Positions 51,401 to 63,241 of a stretch of 64,000 nt of DNA are shown here, piece by piece. Within the stretch, counting starts at the first letter, position 1. The number at the start of each line of letters is the position of its first letter. The translations under genes were made by a program, and so were the position numbers. This stretch comes from Pocillopora damicornis. Taxonomy: Eukaryota. The stretch is from assembly GCF_003704095.1 (NCBI RefSeq), contig NW_020846655.1:124001-188000 (forward strand), read 5' to 3'. The notes below the pieces were generated by a model that saw nothing but the letters and a program-made list of their open reading frames with translations, was not told the origin of the DNA and ran no database searches.

Positions 51401-54400
51401 CTGTTTCTGTTGTGTTGCTCACACTCGTTACAAAGTTAAAAACTTAAACTGTTTTTGAGTGTGATGGAGACTTGTCTCGCGACATAAACTGGGTGTCTTT
51501 GTTAATATTTTGTTTCAATTAAAAAGTATTTGAAATCAAATCTGCTTTCATCATATTTGCAGCACGAGTATAGAGAACGGAGAGACTAGTGTACCGCCGA
51601 TGTCCTCGGTAAGTAGTTGCACAGACAGTGTGAATTCAGCAGTAACCGTTTAGATTCTCGTGAGCGTTCTCGTTGTGTTTGATTTTACGGTAGGCTTTTG
51701 AAGCACGTTCAGTTGCTGAGTAGAATTTACTCGCCACATATGTAAGTTAGTTTGATTAAATTGGTGTTAGGACGATAATACTTTCAAACTTTTTGGGCAT
51801 ATAAAATCGAGGGGACGAACACTTTCGGTTAACCTACACTTAACTCCGTCAATTCCTGTTTAGTCCTTGAAAAGAAAGATAAAAACGTACAGGCGAGAAG
51901 CAAGTCTTTATGAAAACAAGGAAGAAAGAAACGGGACAGACGCTGCCAAACTCAAAGAAACACCTGGGACGAGTAGTGATGCGGGTGAGAAGAACCACAA
52001 GACAAGGAGGATAAAGAGAGGAAAGAATGAAGCAAATGGAGACACGGAAAGGGAAGACGACGATGACGAAGGTGAGAAAATCTCATGAAATTTTCGCCGC
52101 AAGAAGTCATGCGACGAAATGACGCCATGAGTAATACGACCAATAGCGTGATGAGTCATTACTTAACGAGTCGCTCAGTTAGGAAAGCTTCTTAAAAGTC
52201 ACGTCAGAAAGAAAAGGCCAAGTAAGAAAACCAGTGTGATTTGACACGGCTAAAGATTTCTGTAATAAAATGGATCACTTATTCCAGTGTGATACCACGT
52301 GACTTGATCTTTTGAAACAGGATCCTCTGATACCTCAGGCTAAAGCTCCATGTTTCAAGTTCATTCTCGTTTAATTGTGCCGTTCTTTCGTCTCTTGTTC
52401 TAATATCAAGATAAGAATTCATCGTTTCATCTTTTTTATGTCACATACCTCAGGACTTTTTACGTTCAACACTGCTTCCGTTGGTTCGTTACACATCTTG
52501 TGCTACCATAATATGCCTTATTTGTGTAAACGAAGGAGCTGCGTGAGAAGCTGATTTTTTTTTTAAAACGGGAAACACGATATGTTTGCGTACTTAAAAG
52601 CATTGTCCATTTTGTTGTTTTTAATTAAGATGAAGACGATCCACCCGTAAGTCGCAGGAACATCATAAAGATGTTGAAGACCGGAGGGAGATTTGGTAAT
52701 CGTCGGCGGAATCCTCGGAAAAAGAAGCCTATTTTGAAGACCAAAACGTTGTTTATATTTGGACCCGAGAATAGGTGAGATGGAATAACACATGACTTGT
52801 GAAAGGCAGTCCCGTGATGTGTAGGCACGTGTTATGCGGACTTAAGGTTTCTCAACAGAGGATACCAGAAATGTGTCCTGTTGTACCTGACCTACATAGT
52901 TCTATATGAGATGTAAGTTACGTTCGACAAACTGTCTTGCTGTCATAAATAATTGATTTATCTGTATGGTGCATTTCGAAGTGGTTGGTTGAGTGCAGGG
53001 TTTGCATTTAAAAAATGTGTTAATTGGTAATAGTTTCATTTGAGTGAGTATTCAGTTAAAGAGTAACACTTAATAATTAATAATGAGAATTTCGTCATAA
53101 GTGCGAGGTGACCTTGCCTGTTAGATCAGTTAATATACTGGATTCTTTTAGTTTACGAAAAATTCGAGAACCTCTTGGGATAAGCATTTCTCATTTTCGC
53201 ATCGACTGTTAGGTTGGTAAATTTCTGACCAATGGTAGCTCCCTTTGATTTTGGGATTTGGTGGACAAATCATATCAAACGTTTGTTGGAAATTCACTTT
53301 CAGTATGGCATGAAGTTGGGGTTTCCAGAGGAGAAAATAAACCATTCTAAAAATTTTTGAGGCAAGGGAAGTTATTAATCTGTTATAATTAGGAATATCA
53401 TTATTATCTATCATTATTTTTCACACAGATTACGACGTCAATGCCACCGGATCGTGAACCTAAGACACTTTGACAATTTCATGTTGGTTGTAATCCTGTT
53501 GAGTAGCATTACAATTGCCATCGAGGATCCAGTGAATGATGACGCCAAACTGAACAAGGCAATGTTATTTTCTGTTTGACGAACAGTAGGAACTGGTGTT
53601 TTTTTTTTCTCTGCAAGGGTTAGGACTATCTTGTTAAAAAGATCCCACTCACGTCCTTATGCGTAGTGCTGTTCTGTTTCTAAAACACGCGCCTCCATCT
53701 TTATCACAACATGTCTTTTAGTGGAATGTGTCGCTCTCTCTGTGAGCGTCTTCTCGTGAACAGTTCTAAATATACCTTTACGTTTCTAAGGTCCTTACGT
53801 GTAGTCTGTGATCGTTGTCCCTAATCATCGCCGTTCCTTCATCGTTGAGTGTTGTTACCTCTTTCAGGTCAAGGATTCCCTTTCATAATTCGTATTCAAG
53901 AGTTCTCTTAACTTCTCTCTAAATTTCTAAACTTTTTCTAATCTGGTTTCTAGGTGCTGATGTATTTTGACTATGTCTTCACTGGGATATTTGCTCTAGA
54001 GGTACTCATTAAGGTGAGTTGTAAAGAGTAATCAAGTTTGTTTCACTTCTAGCATGATTTATATTTTTATATACATATTTGATGTGTAGATCTTGCGCGT
54101 GATTGATCTTAACTGTCACTTCTCGCGAGGGAAATTCGAAATGCTCCTATGGTAACTATGAAACAAATTTTAAATTTCGGGGTTTACCCTAGCTTTCAGT
54201 TGTCTTTTCAAATCATTGGGTGATTTGAGCTATTTCAAAAGTTATCTTCATGCTGACAGAACCAATTTAACTGATACATGCAGTTGCGCTTAAAAGGTTT
54301 CCGCTTCTAAAACTTCTTATACAAAATATAAACAGGGGAAGACACTCGACAATTTTTTTCCTCGAGGCTCAAATCTAAATCGCCCAATCGGCAGTCGATC

Positions 54401-57400
54401 GGACCAGCATCCTTAACATAGGGAGTTGTTTTATTTGACCAAAAAGGACTGACCTCATTTAAAATTTGTTGTGCTCAGGTTGTGGATGTGGGGATCATTC
54501 TTCATAAGGGCGCCTATTTCCGTGATTGGTGGAATATTATCGATGCTCTTGTGGTGTCTTTCAACATGGCTTCGCTCATTTTAGAGTAAGTGCACATCAT
54601 GTGATATCACAATATAGCAATTTCATATAGCCCTAATTCTATATATTTCACCTAAATATACTTCTGCTACCTGTAAACCAACTGATAATCCATTGTATTC
54701 CTTGACAAATTCCTAGATACCGAGGGGTATAAACCTATTCTCACTGTCACTGTTTGCGGAGCTAAAACTACCACAATGGATATGCTTATAGGAACCCACA
54801 ATAATGACTTGGGGAAGCTTAGAGCTAACTTCACTGCCTTTCCCTCCCCTAACCCACGTTTCACACTGCTGTTCTCTACCAGTTCTTTTGCGACGCTACG
54901 TATTTAAAACAAAACTGAAAATAAAAAAACATCACAGTTTGTTTCTTGGTTGATTGGCTACAAACCGTTATTTTAGCTTTGCACTGCTAAAGCAGGTTGC
55001 GCGATGTAATTCAATCGATTTGAGGTGACTAAATAAATCATAAACGCTGGCGCAACGAGATGAACAGTAACATGCGATGGTTCTGTTGTCATAACCCTTT
55101 CGATTATTGTCCTTTTTTAGACAAACAGACTCATCTGGCAGTGGCCACTCTTTAATTAAAGCACTCCGTGTATTCCGAGTGCTAAGACCGTTTAAAGGCG
55201 TGCACAAAATTAAGAAATTACAGGTAAGAGCTATCAAAACAATGTTACGCGTGACAATCGTCATAAAATCGCAATTTTTAACCTTGAGTATTGAGAACTT
55301 AGAGCTTTTGTTTTGTTTTTATTATTTCAGGCTGTATTTCGCTGTATGTGGTACTCAGTAAAGAATGTTGCTAATATCCTGATGATCACCATGTTGTTTT
55401 TGTTTATTTTCGCCGTCATGGGTGTACAACTGTTCAAAGGAAAGTTTCAACATTGCAACGACACCTCAAAGCGCACAAAGGAAGAGTGCCAGTAAGACCA
55501 CACAAACATTCCTCCTTTTCCTCCTTTTATATGTCTGGGACATTGGTAAGGGTGGGGAGGGGAGGGTGGCGGGTGGAGGCGACAGATTGAGGGTAGACCA
55601 GTTTTTTATTGTTACGTCTAAGCCGGTGCCGTGGCAAGACCTAGTCTTGCTAGCAAGAAATGGCTAAATATGCATAACCACTTCTGAAAAATAATAATAA
55701 TGATAGCACCATATTTTACCAGGGTAAACCCTTCAGCAAAAAGCTGCTATAACTGGATGCCCTAGGCATTAAAAGAATAATTAAAATTATGATGATAAAT
55801 AGAAATAAAATTACAAAAATTACTTCTGAACACACCTTCTGAATACGATTAGAATAAGTTGTTTTTCTGGTTCAACGTCGTTGTCGTGCGCTTAGACGGT
55901 TCACCTGGTATTGATTCTGTGATGTAAGTGTTATGAGAAGCTTAATGTCCTCCTATCTGGTTCAAGGCCGTTTTTTACATCTTGAGAATTTCTATAAAAA
56001 TGTTTCGTGAGATTTGACGGAACTTTAGCATACAGTTTGATTAAATGTTAACATGAAGCTACATTTCCCGGCCATAAGTTGGGTGCACAAGGTAGTTGAA
56101 TAAATTCCATGGATTTTGAGGAAGAGGCGAAGTTTGTGACTTATTATGGATTTGGTTCATTTGCAGAGGGTATTTTTTTGTTTTCAAGTACGATGAGCTC
56201 TACCAACAGGAAACAGTTGAAAAGGTTTGTTTGATTTGCACCTTATTTCTATTAGTTCTGCTATGCTTAAAGCCCCAAAATTATGCAGAAATAATTACAT
56301 TTTTTACTTTAAAATAGCAATAAAATCATAATTTTAATGGTGATATGGCTGACACACTGTTCTTTATTAATGTTATCAGGTTGAGAATCGCACGTGGGAG
56401 AATAAACTCCTTAACTTTGACAACGTATTACAAGCAATGTTGACTCTTTACACTTCTTCTACTGGTGAAGGTTGGCCCAGGTAAGGTTCTTTTTGACAAG
56501 TTAATAATTGCTAATGGAAAACTCTAGGGTTGCATAGCTTTAGTTTGAATGTTTTTCAGGCGTTTTATGAAAATCGCAGACCTTCATTGAAAATTAGTTA
56601 ATTAAAACTTGTTTAACTTGCTGGAGTAAACAGGATATCAATCCGCGACAAGAGTAAGCTAGGCTATGTAGCATAGATAAACCAACAAGACGAAGTGACT
56701 AACCAGATTGAAAAATCCGTGATTAATAAGCTGATATATTTGGATTGATCTTCTTGATCTAGTGCCATGAAGACCACTATGGATACTACAGAAATAGACA
56801 AAGGTCCAATCCATAATTACAGCCCGGGATACGCACTTTATTACATCGCCTTTGTTGTGGTGTTCTCTTTTTTCTTCCTCAACATCTTTGTGGCGTTAAT
56901 AATTCTCACCTTCCAAGAGGAGGGTGAAAGGGAAATTGCGAGTTGTGAGTTGGACAGAAATCAGGTATATAAATCTTTTCGCACTCTTCCTTCAAGAATG
57001 ACTTAAAGAAACTGTGTGGCTATTTATTTTGTGCATCGATGGCTCGTAGTGGGCTGTGTCAATCTGCTCTACCTTTACTTATCCTTCATCCCTTTTGGTT
57101 TATTCTTCCCCTTTGGGAGTTTTTCTATCTTGCCAAACTTTCAAATTAATAATTTGTGATTTCCCTCTTGCCATAATCAGTAGAAGTGATTGGTTAGCAA
57201 AGCCGGAAAAATTCAGAGACGAAAAGAATTATCAGTGCTCGTGCTAAAGGTTGTTGGATCCCAGACTGTGTGAAATCTTTTACTTAAGTGTTCACACATT
57301 CGAACTAAATGAGTCAATGAGTTGTTTCTAGTGGCCATTCAGTTCAAAACAGTTGGTGCTATTGACCTTTGAACACGGCGGGTCACTGAGCCTCCAACAA

Positions 57401-60400
57401 AACCCATAACAAAGGCATCTGTTCGTTTTTATTACCATCGTAACATTATTGCTTCACTTAAGTTATTCCGTTCGTCACAGAAAGCGACACCGAGAAAACG
57501 ATTCTGACTTTTCGCTCTTCGCTGAATTTTGCAAGATCTTATCTCTCGCCTTTGCAGAAAGAGTTATTAGTAACTTGGGAGTATACTAATTGTCACATGT
57601 TCTCTCTAACAGCGTGATTGCATTCAGTTTGCACTTACTGCTAAGCCTGCGCAGAGATATATGCCGGCTGACCACAAAAGCCTGCAGTATAAGGTCTGGG
57701 TAATTGTCATGTCGAAGCCATTTGATACATTCATTTTGGTCTTGATAGCCCTGAACACCGGTGTGCTTATGTCTCAGGTAGGTAGACTAAAGTTGGACGG
57801 AGTTTGTCTTAATCTAACAGACTGTTCCGTTCCGTTTATAGGGATATTCTGGTATTTTTCAAAGCGGAGAAAAAATTTTTCAACTTAATAGGATACCCCC
57901 GACCCTATTCTCAGTGAAGAATAGAATTTTGCTTCCCTGTCATTTTTTATCTTGCAAAGCATTTGGTTGGTTCATCACCTATGAAATCATGTATCCCTCT
58001 GTCACGTTACTTGCTTCAAAATGAGCGCAGTTCACTGAATTTCTGTTCTGTTATTTTTATACAGCATTACAAGCAAGACGAACAATATACAGACATTCTA
58101 ATGTACCTAAATATTGCCTTCACTGTTCTCTACATGATAGAAGCTGGGCTGAAGTTCTTTGCTTTAAGACTGGTAACTATACTTGAAATAATCTGTTTCT
58201 TCTACATGGAGAGGCTCAAAATTTCTGGCGCAATTTTTGGACAAACTCTATAGCCATCTTTTTTTATTATCAAAATTGTATGCTGTTTATTCTTATGTAT
58301 ACTGTGTATAGTAATAAATCTAACCGTGAGATTTAAACGTTTTCATCTTGTACATTATCTCTTGGAAGAACGTGGAGGCGAATCATTGAAGAGCCACGGG
58401 ATCATTCCAGTGCAAGAGTCCAATTCAAAGTTATCACTTTTTCTTGGCGAAGAAATGATNNNNNNNNNNNNNNNNNNNNNNNNNNNNNNNNNNNNNNNNN
58501 NNNNNNNNNNNNNNNAACACTCGAGCAAAGAAACTATATGAATATTTCTTGTCCTTTTGTTTTTCAGAAATATTTCCGAGATTACTGGAATATTTTTGAT
58601 TTCATCGTTGTGTTAGGAGGTCTGATGGATGTTCTGGTGACAGTCTATGACAAATTTGCCAAGGAAACGCAGCAGGTAACTTAGGTGGTGCAGATCTGCC
58701 ACATTTACTATTTCTTGGCGCATGATTAACCTTTCTACTCTCAAAAGTGATTGACAAGTGAGTTCTCCCTATAAAATCCATACAGTATCCAGCAAACATG
58801 TAATGAGAATTTTCAAATTTATTAGGTAAAATTTATTTATTTATTGTCTTGATTTAACATTAAATTCTTTTAACTATTTTACAAGGAAATGTGTAGTAGC
58901 TAGAGGAGAGAATTAACAATCAGCTGGTCTTAAGAGTTAAGGGGCTAGGAAACGTGATTTCCGTATACTTATTTCAGTTGGGTATGACTCTGTTTCATGC
59001 CTTTAAAGAAAATTGGAAGATGTTCGCATTAGCATGGTGAGGTGTACACAGTGAGTGTTCTTCAAAACTCAGATTCTGACGAAGAACCTAGGGAGTACTT
59101 TTAGCGGAGAGATTGAAGATTTGTTAACCTTAGAAATAAAATCAGTGAACGATTGACTTTATCATTATTTTTTGGGGGCAAATAATTAATTTCAGTTGTA
59201 AATCTAATTTTGCAGGAAGGTGGTTCATTAGGTATTGGGATTGACCCCAGTATGTTCCGTTTGTTTCGAGCAGCAAGACTTATCAAACTGCTTCGACGAG
59301 GCTACACGATCAGAATACTATTGTGGACATTCCTTCAATCATTTAAGGTTCGCTGTTTGTGTTTGAGTTTTTCTTGGACTCAGGTTTAAGATTCGTACAG
59401 CACAAATCAGTGTTTGTCAATGGGAGCAAGATTTGAACCTATCATAGACTTGTGACTGTCTGAAATATTTGTAACGAAATAGACTTCTTGATCGTGTAAT
59501 GCACGACTTTTTCCCTATTCACGCGTTCGTTTCTGTAGTCGTAACAGCATCTGCTATATAATAACTCATTAATCCACTAAGGATATAATGTAATTACTTT
59601 GTTCTTAAATAGGCTTTTATGATTATATTAATAGGCTTTGTTTGTTGTCATGTCAATAGGCCTTACCTTACGTCACGCTACTTATCATGTTAATGTTCTT
59701 CATGTATGCCGTCATAGGGATGCAGGTAGGCTGTCGGAATCATTTTCCTCAATTCTTGCGTGGTTTTGTGTTATAATTGCGGTTAACATTATTTCATGAG
59801 TCAAAAGGACCAGGCATGCCTCTCTGGCAGACGTATATGCATTGAACGATAATTATCTGATCTGAGCTTCTGTTGCAGAGACTGGAACTCGGTTTTTTCC
59901 AGGTTGATTAGAGTTAGTTTCGTTGCTGGCAAGCAAGAAGTTGGCCATATTTTTTATTTATCGTCCATCAATAAATGAACGAAATCAAACCAACGGCATA
60001 CGTTGTGTTCTCTTTTATGTTTCAGCTTTTTGGAAAAATAGCATTAGACCAATCTACAGAAATTAACACCAAGAATAATTTTCGAAATCTTCCTCAAGCT
60101 TTGCAGGTTCTGTTCAGGTGAGAATTAGATTAAAGAATTAGATAAAAGTTGGAAGGTGATCATACTTATGAGTATGATACATAATCCTTAATTTGGAATA
60201 TTTCTGTATCGCGAATCAGTAATAATTACAAGGAACATATCTCTACATCTTTTGATGTTTTCTCTTTTCTTAGTAATGTATTTTCCCGTCTCTACCAGAT
60301 CGGCGACCGGAGAAGACTGGCACAAGATAATGTTGGCTTGCTATGATGTTGCTAAATGTGATAAGAGTGTTGACATCAAAAAATATGGAGAACATTGCGG

Positions 60401-63241
60401 AACAACGGCAGGGGCTATAATATTCTTCTGCACATTTATATTTCTCTGTATGTTCTTGGTGAGTGACGAAATTCACGAATACAAGAACACTTCAAAAGAA
60501 ATACTGAGTTTTCTCTTTCTATTTTTTTATCCGTCTGAGTTACAAGCTAACCTTCGGCCGCTGTTAAAGGCATGATTTCAAGTGAACTGTCATATTCTCT
60601 TTCAGATGTTGAATTTATTTGTGGCTGTTATCATGGATAACTTCGAATACCTGACTCGTGACGAGTCCATCCTTGGTCCTCACCACTTGGATGAATTTGT
60701 CCGCGTGTGGTCTGAGTTCGACCCTGGCGCCAGGTATATAAAATTCTAGCTAATACGTATGACATTTTTTTTTGTCGTGCTACATTGCTTCTGATACTGA
60801 CGTGTTCTTGCTCCCCTTCAGTGGCTGTATACACCATAGCGAAATCTATAGGGTGATGTGCAGTATGTCACCTCCAGTTGGATTTGGAAAGAAATGTCCA
60901 AAGATTGTTGGTTATAAGGTGTGTAAGTTTATTTACACTTGGTTGAACTGACTTAACTTGACACCTATTCAGAGGTATGCAGTGTTTCGACACCAACTGA
61001 GAAAAGATGCAGTGTCTCTTAATTTCTCACTTACATTCAGCCTGAGTAACGCGTTTCTCGTCTTTAANNNNNNNNNNNNNNNNNNNNNNNNNNNNNNNNN
61101 NNNNNNNNNNNNNNNNNNNNNNNNNNNNNNNNNNNNNNNNNNNNNNNNNNNNNNNNNNNNNNNNNNNNNNNNNNNNNNNNNNNNNNNNNNNNNNNNNNNN
61201 NNNNNNNNNNNNNNNNNNNAGTTTAAATACTGGAAATAAGAACAGGGAGATAACTCCTTAAACGGAAGGTGTTTTACACTGGTCTCCTCTTGCTTAGCGC
61301 CTGATCAAGATGAACATGCCACTGAACGACGATAACACGGTCTCATTCAGTACGACTCTCTTCGCTTTGATTCGAACCTCACTGAACATCAAACTGCGGG
61401 GAAACATGAATGCAAATGACACAGAGCTACGGCGAATGATCAAGAGAGTTTGGCCAAAAACCTCACAAAAAGTATTGAATAGTTTGATACCCAAACAGTT
61501 AGGTAAGTGATTCAAGATCGCAAACAGTCTTTAAATGTTTTTGCTTTTATATGAGGTAGTTGCTATTTGTAGCGGCAATATGTAAAGTGGTTTAGTGACA
61601 AGTGCGCGCACATGTTAGGGGAGATGCTCGTTTATTTTCAATAGCTATTCAACGTATGAGTTAACTTTTGAAAATATCAACTTGGTTCATATTTTGTGTT
61701 TGGCCAAATATCGATGTTTGAGAGACAGATAAAGTGACTTTCTTCAGATTGACTATGGCATGAATTTTTTCGTTCTTCCCCTTGTTGAAGTGTTGATCAG
61801 TTTAATGTATTTTACAGAACTGAGTTGTCAGCAAATGACAATAGGAAAGATTCACTGTGCAAAGCTTATACACGAGAACTACAAATACCTGAAGAGGAAG
61901 GGCACGCAGACGGAAAGGGTGAGTAGTAAAACAGATCCATTGTGTTTGCACTACCCACCTTTCTGTTAGTGGGTGTTCAACGTAACGCTTCTCACCCCTC
62001 TCTCCATATTATTTTTTTGTACGTTGAGTGACCTTGAATGACATTCATGTCTGTCCCTGCTAGACCTTTTAGTTGATAGGAATAGATAACTTAGTATGAA
62101 CTGAACATTCTAACTTTCTTTTGTTTTAAGGCTGAAAGAGAAGAAGAAAGAAGCACTACAAACTCGAAGGTTTGTAACTGTTTTTTCTTTCTTTTTTTTA
62201 CCTTTCGGTAATAAGGTGATTGTTATTTATTACATATACACTTTGCTGCTCGGTGTCTTGTAACATCCCTCCTTTTTCATATCTCACCTGATTTTCTTTC
62301 TTCCATTTGAACAGAGAGGTCTTTTCTCTAAGTTAGTTGGTTCCCTGCGACGCCAGAGGAGGCCGAATATGATAAGGGAAGACATAGAACTTGGGAATGT
62401 GGAAAGACGTAGAGAGAGAGCTTACACTAGTGACGCTCGACTTACTATGGCACGGTACGTACACTGTATGAATTAGTGGTGAACGGTATTCGTATCAACT
62501 ATGTGTTTGCTTGAGTTAGATGGTCAACCAACTGAGAAGTAGACAGTTAACTGTAATTGATTGTCCGCGCTATGACCTACGTTCAATATTAAAGTGACTT
62601 GCGGTGCAGCCAGTCAAAACTGCGGCGCAATTCGGTGGTGTTATGTAAGCTGTTTACGAAGCAAATGATCATCACATTTCCGAGTATCCTAGAAATATCT
62701 CTGATGGGTTATCACGCCAGTGAATCGATATAGGGTGTGGTCTATTTCTCTTGTAAAATGAACTAATAGGTTGGTTTTCTTCGGGATCACCGGCACTTTG
62801 ATAATTCAAAGCAGGTGAATGGTAACAACCGGAAAGAGTGCCTTATTCTATAACGCATCCATAAGGATAATAACAGAGCGATAAATTTGAGAGGCGCATT
62901 ATGAAGTTTTGCGGATACTTTTGCTAAATGAAACTTGGCATGTCAGATGGTAAGTAACAGTCAAACCTTGCAAATTCATTTTTCGTCAAAATCAGGCCTG
63001 TCTCGCTTTGATGTTACCTTTGCAAAACATAGACGATTCGGTTTTCTACAGGTGATTGTTTAGCGGTAGGTATGAGATTTTTTGCGACACACTCACTGCT
63101 AGGGCATTAGTATCAAGTTGATATACGTTTTATCTTTGCAGTGAAAGAAGTCAAGAAACACTTCAAGAATCATTCGAGTCCCTACCGTCCCATACTCATG
63201 TCCATGAAAACGGCCCCTATCCCCTGAAATTTTGGATCTGA
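39442..63241 (+). CDS. Voltage-gated calcium channel alpha-1 subunit, Cav2 family (CACNA1A/B/E-like), about 1758 aa from ATG 39442, 41 exons
   Basis: Exons 39442-39680, 39904-40009, 40111-40250, 43743-43858, 44429-44581, 45440-45654, 46262-46371, 46841-46956, 47461-47611, 47859-48031, 48152-48264, 48360-48469, 49768-49899, 50390-50459, 50623-50746, 50902-51148, 51563-51608, 51864-52071, 52630-52774, 53429-53558, 53954-54013, 54479-54585, 55121-55223, 55331-55491, 56167-56224, 56380-56480, 56763-56964, 57613-57777, 58065-58172, 58568-58675, 59216-59347, 59660-59725, 60026-60117, 60299-60458, 60606-60733, 60822-60918, 61298-61502, 61818-61918, 62131-62169, 62315-62454, 63142-63241 (sum 5277 nt, open). 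Pore loops TMEGW/TGEDW/TGEGW/TGEDW. Four S4 segments. Cav2-type IVS4 [25 protein letters not shown] and STGEGWP. Linker and tail exons are less certain than transmembrane exons. Confidence 0.94.
39681..39903 (+). other. U12-type (minor spliceosome) AT-AC intron in Cav2
   Basis: 5' splice site ATATCCTTT at 39681; branch point TCCTTAAC at 39887-39894; terminal AC at 39902-39903. Splicing restores IVVSK|[10 protein letters not shown] at the start of IS1. Confidence 0.93.
44135..44286 (+). mobile_element. TTAA-type MITE, 5'-truncated copy
   Basis: actgctgaatctcacatgaagatcatgagattaaaggaaatgatgacc...aaagagTTAA matches the shared core. Confidence 0.65.
44643..44942 (+). mobile_element. TTAA-type MITE (related subfamily) interrupted by a SINE-like 3' fragment
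   Basis: TTAA|CCCTCTTACTCC...aatttctccttacaatatc up to about 44820, then gaggttcggtttctcatggggactcagaat... (B-box-like plus SINE body) at 44860-44942. Confidence 0.6.
47009..47375 (+). mobile_element. TTAA-flanked MITE with a substituted 3' half
   Basis: TTAA|CCCTC at 47009, shared core to about 47175, unrelated sequence, then AAAGGG|TTAA at 47366-47375. Confidence 0.7.
49105..49560 (+). mobile_element. Penelope-like retroelement 3' fragment (RT thumb region), frameshifted, in Cav2 intron 12
   Basis: Segments across frames: [25 protein letters not shown] / [19 protein letters not shown] / [12 protein letters not shown] / [14 protein letters not shown] / [10 protein letters not shown] (TAA 49497-49499), typical of PLE RT C-termini. 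Confidence 0.8.
50747..50901 (+). other. U12-type GT-AG intron in Cav2 (IIS6)
   Basis: 5' splice site GTATCCTTG at 50747; branch point TTCCTTAAC at 50884-50892; no polypyrimidine tract; AG at 50900-50901. Splicing restores [18 protein letters not shown]. Confidence 0.92.
53559..53953 (+). other. Probable GC-AG intron in Cav2 (IIIS1-S2)
   Basis: AAG|gcaatg donor joined to tag|GTG gives [12 protein letters not shown]|VLMYFDYVF, colinear with Cav2 homologues. Confidence 0.65.
58460..58515. other. Assembly gap (Ns)
   Basis: 56 Ns inside a Cav2 intron. Confidence 0.99.
58726..58940 (+). mobile_element. TTAA-type MITE copy (divergent subfamily)
   Basis: TTAA|CCTTTCTACTCTC...aaggaaatgtgtag...ggagagaatt...AAGAG|TTAA. 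Confidence 0.65.
61068..61219. other. Assembly gap (Ns)
   Basis: 152 Ns inside a Cav2 intron. Confidence 0.99.

Noticed and set aside
55690-55990. Possible LINE 3' end on the minus strand
   Set aside because: Only a vague resemblance (AAT tail and a small hairpin); no RT frame recognised.
39442-63241. Calling the channel Cav1 (L-type) or a specific vertebrate gene (CACNA1A/B/E)
   Set aside because: STGEGWP and [22 protein letters not shown] are Cav2-type; the vertebrate paralogues arose later, so no one-to-one symbol applies.
20004-63241. Functional cluster linking PRPF4 to the U12-intron channel gene
   Set aside because: Adjacency alone is not evidence in a eukaryote, and the different CpG signatures suggest separate regulation.
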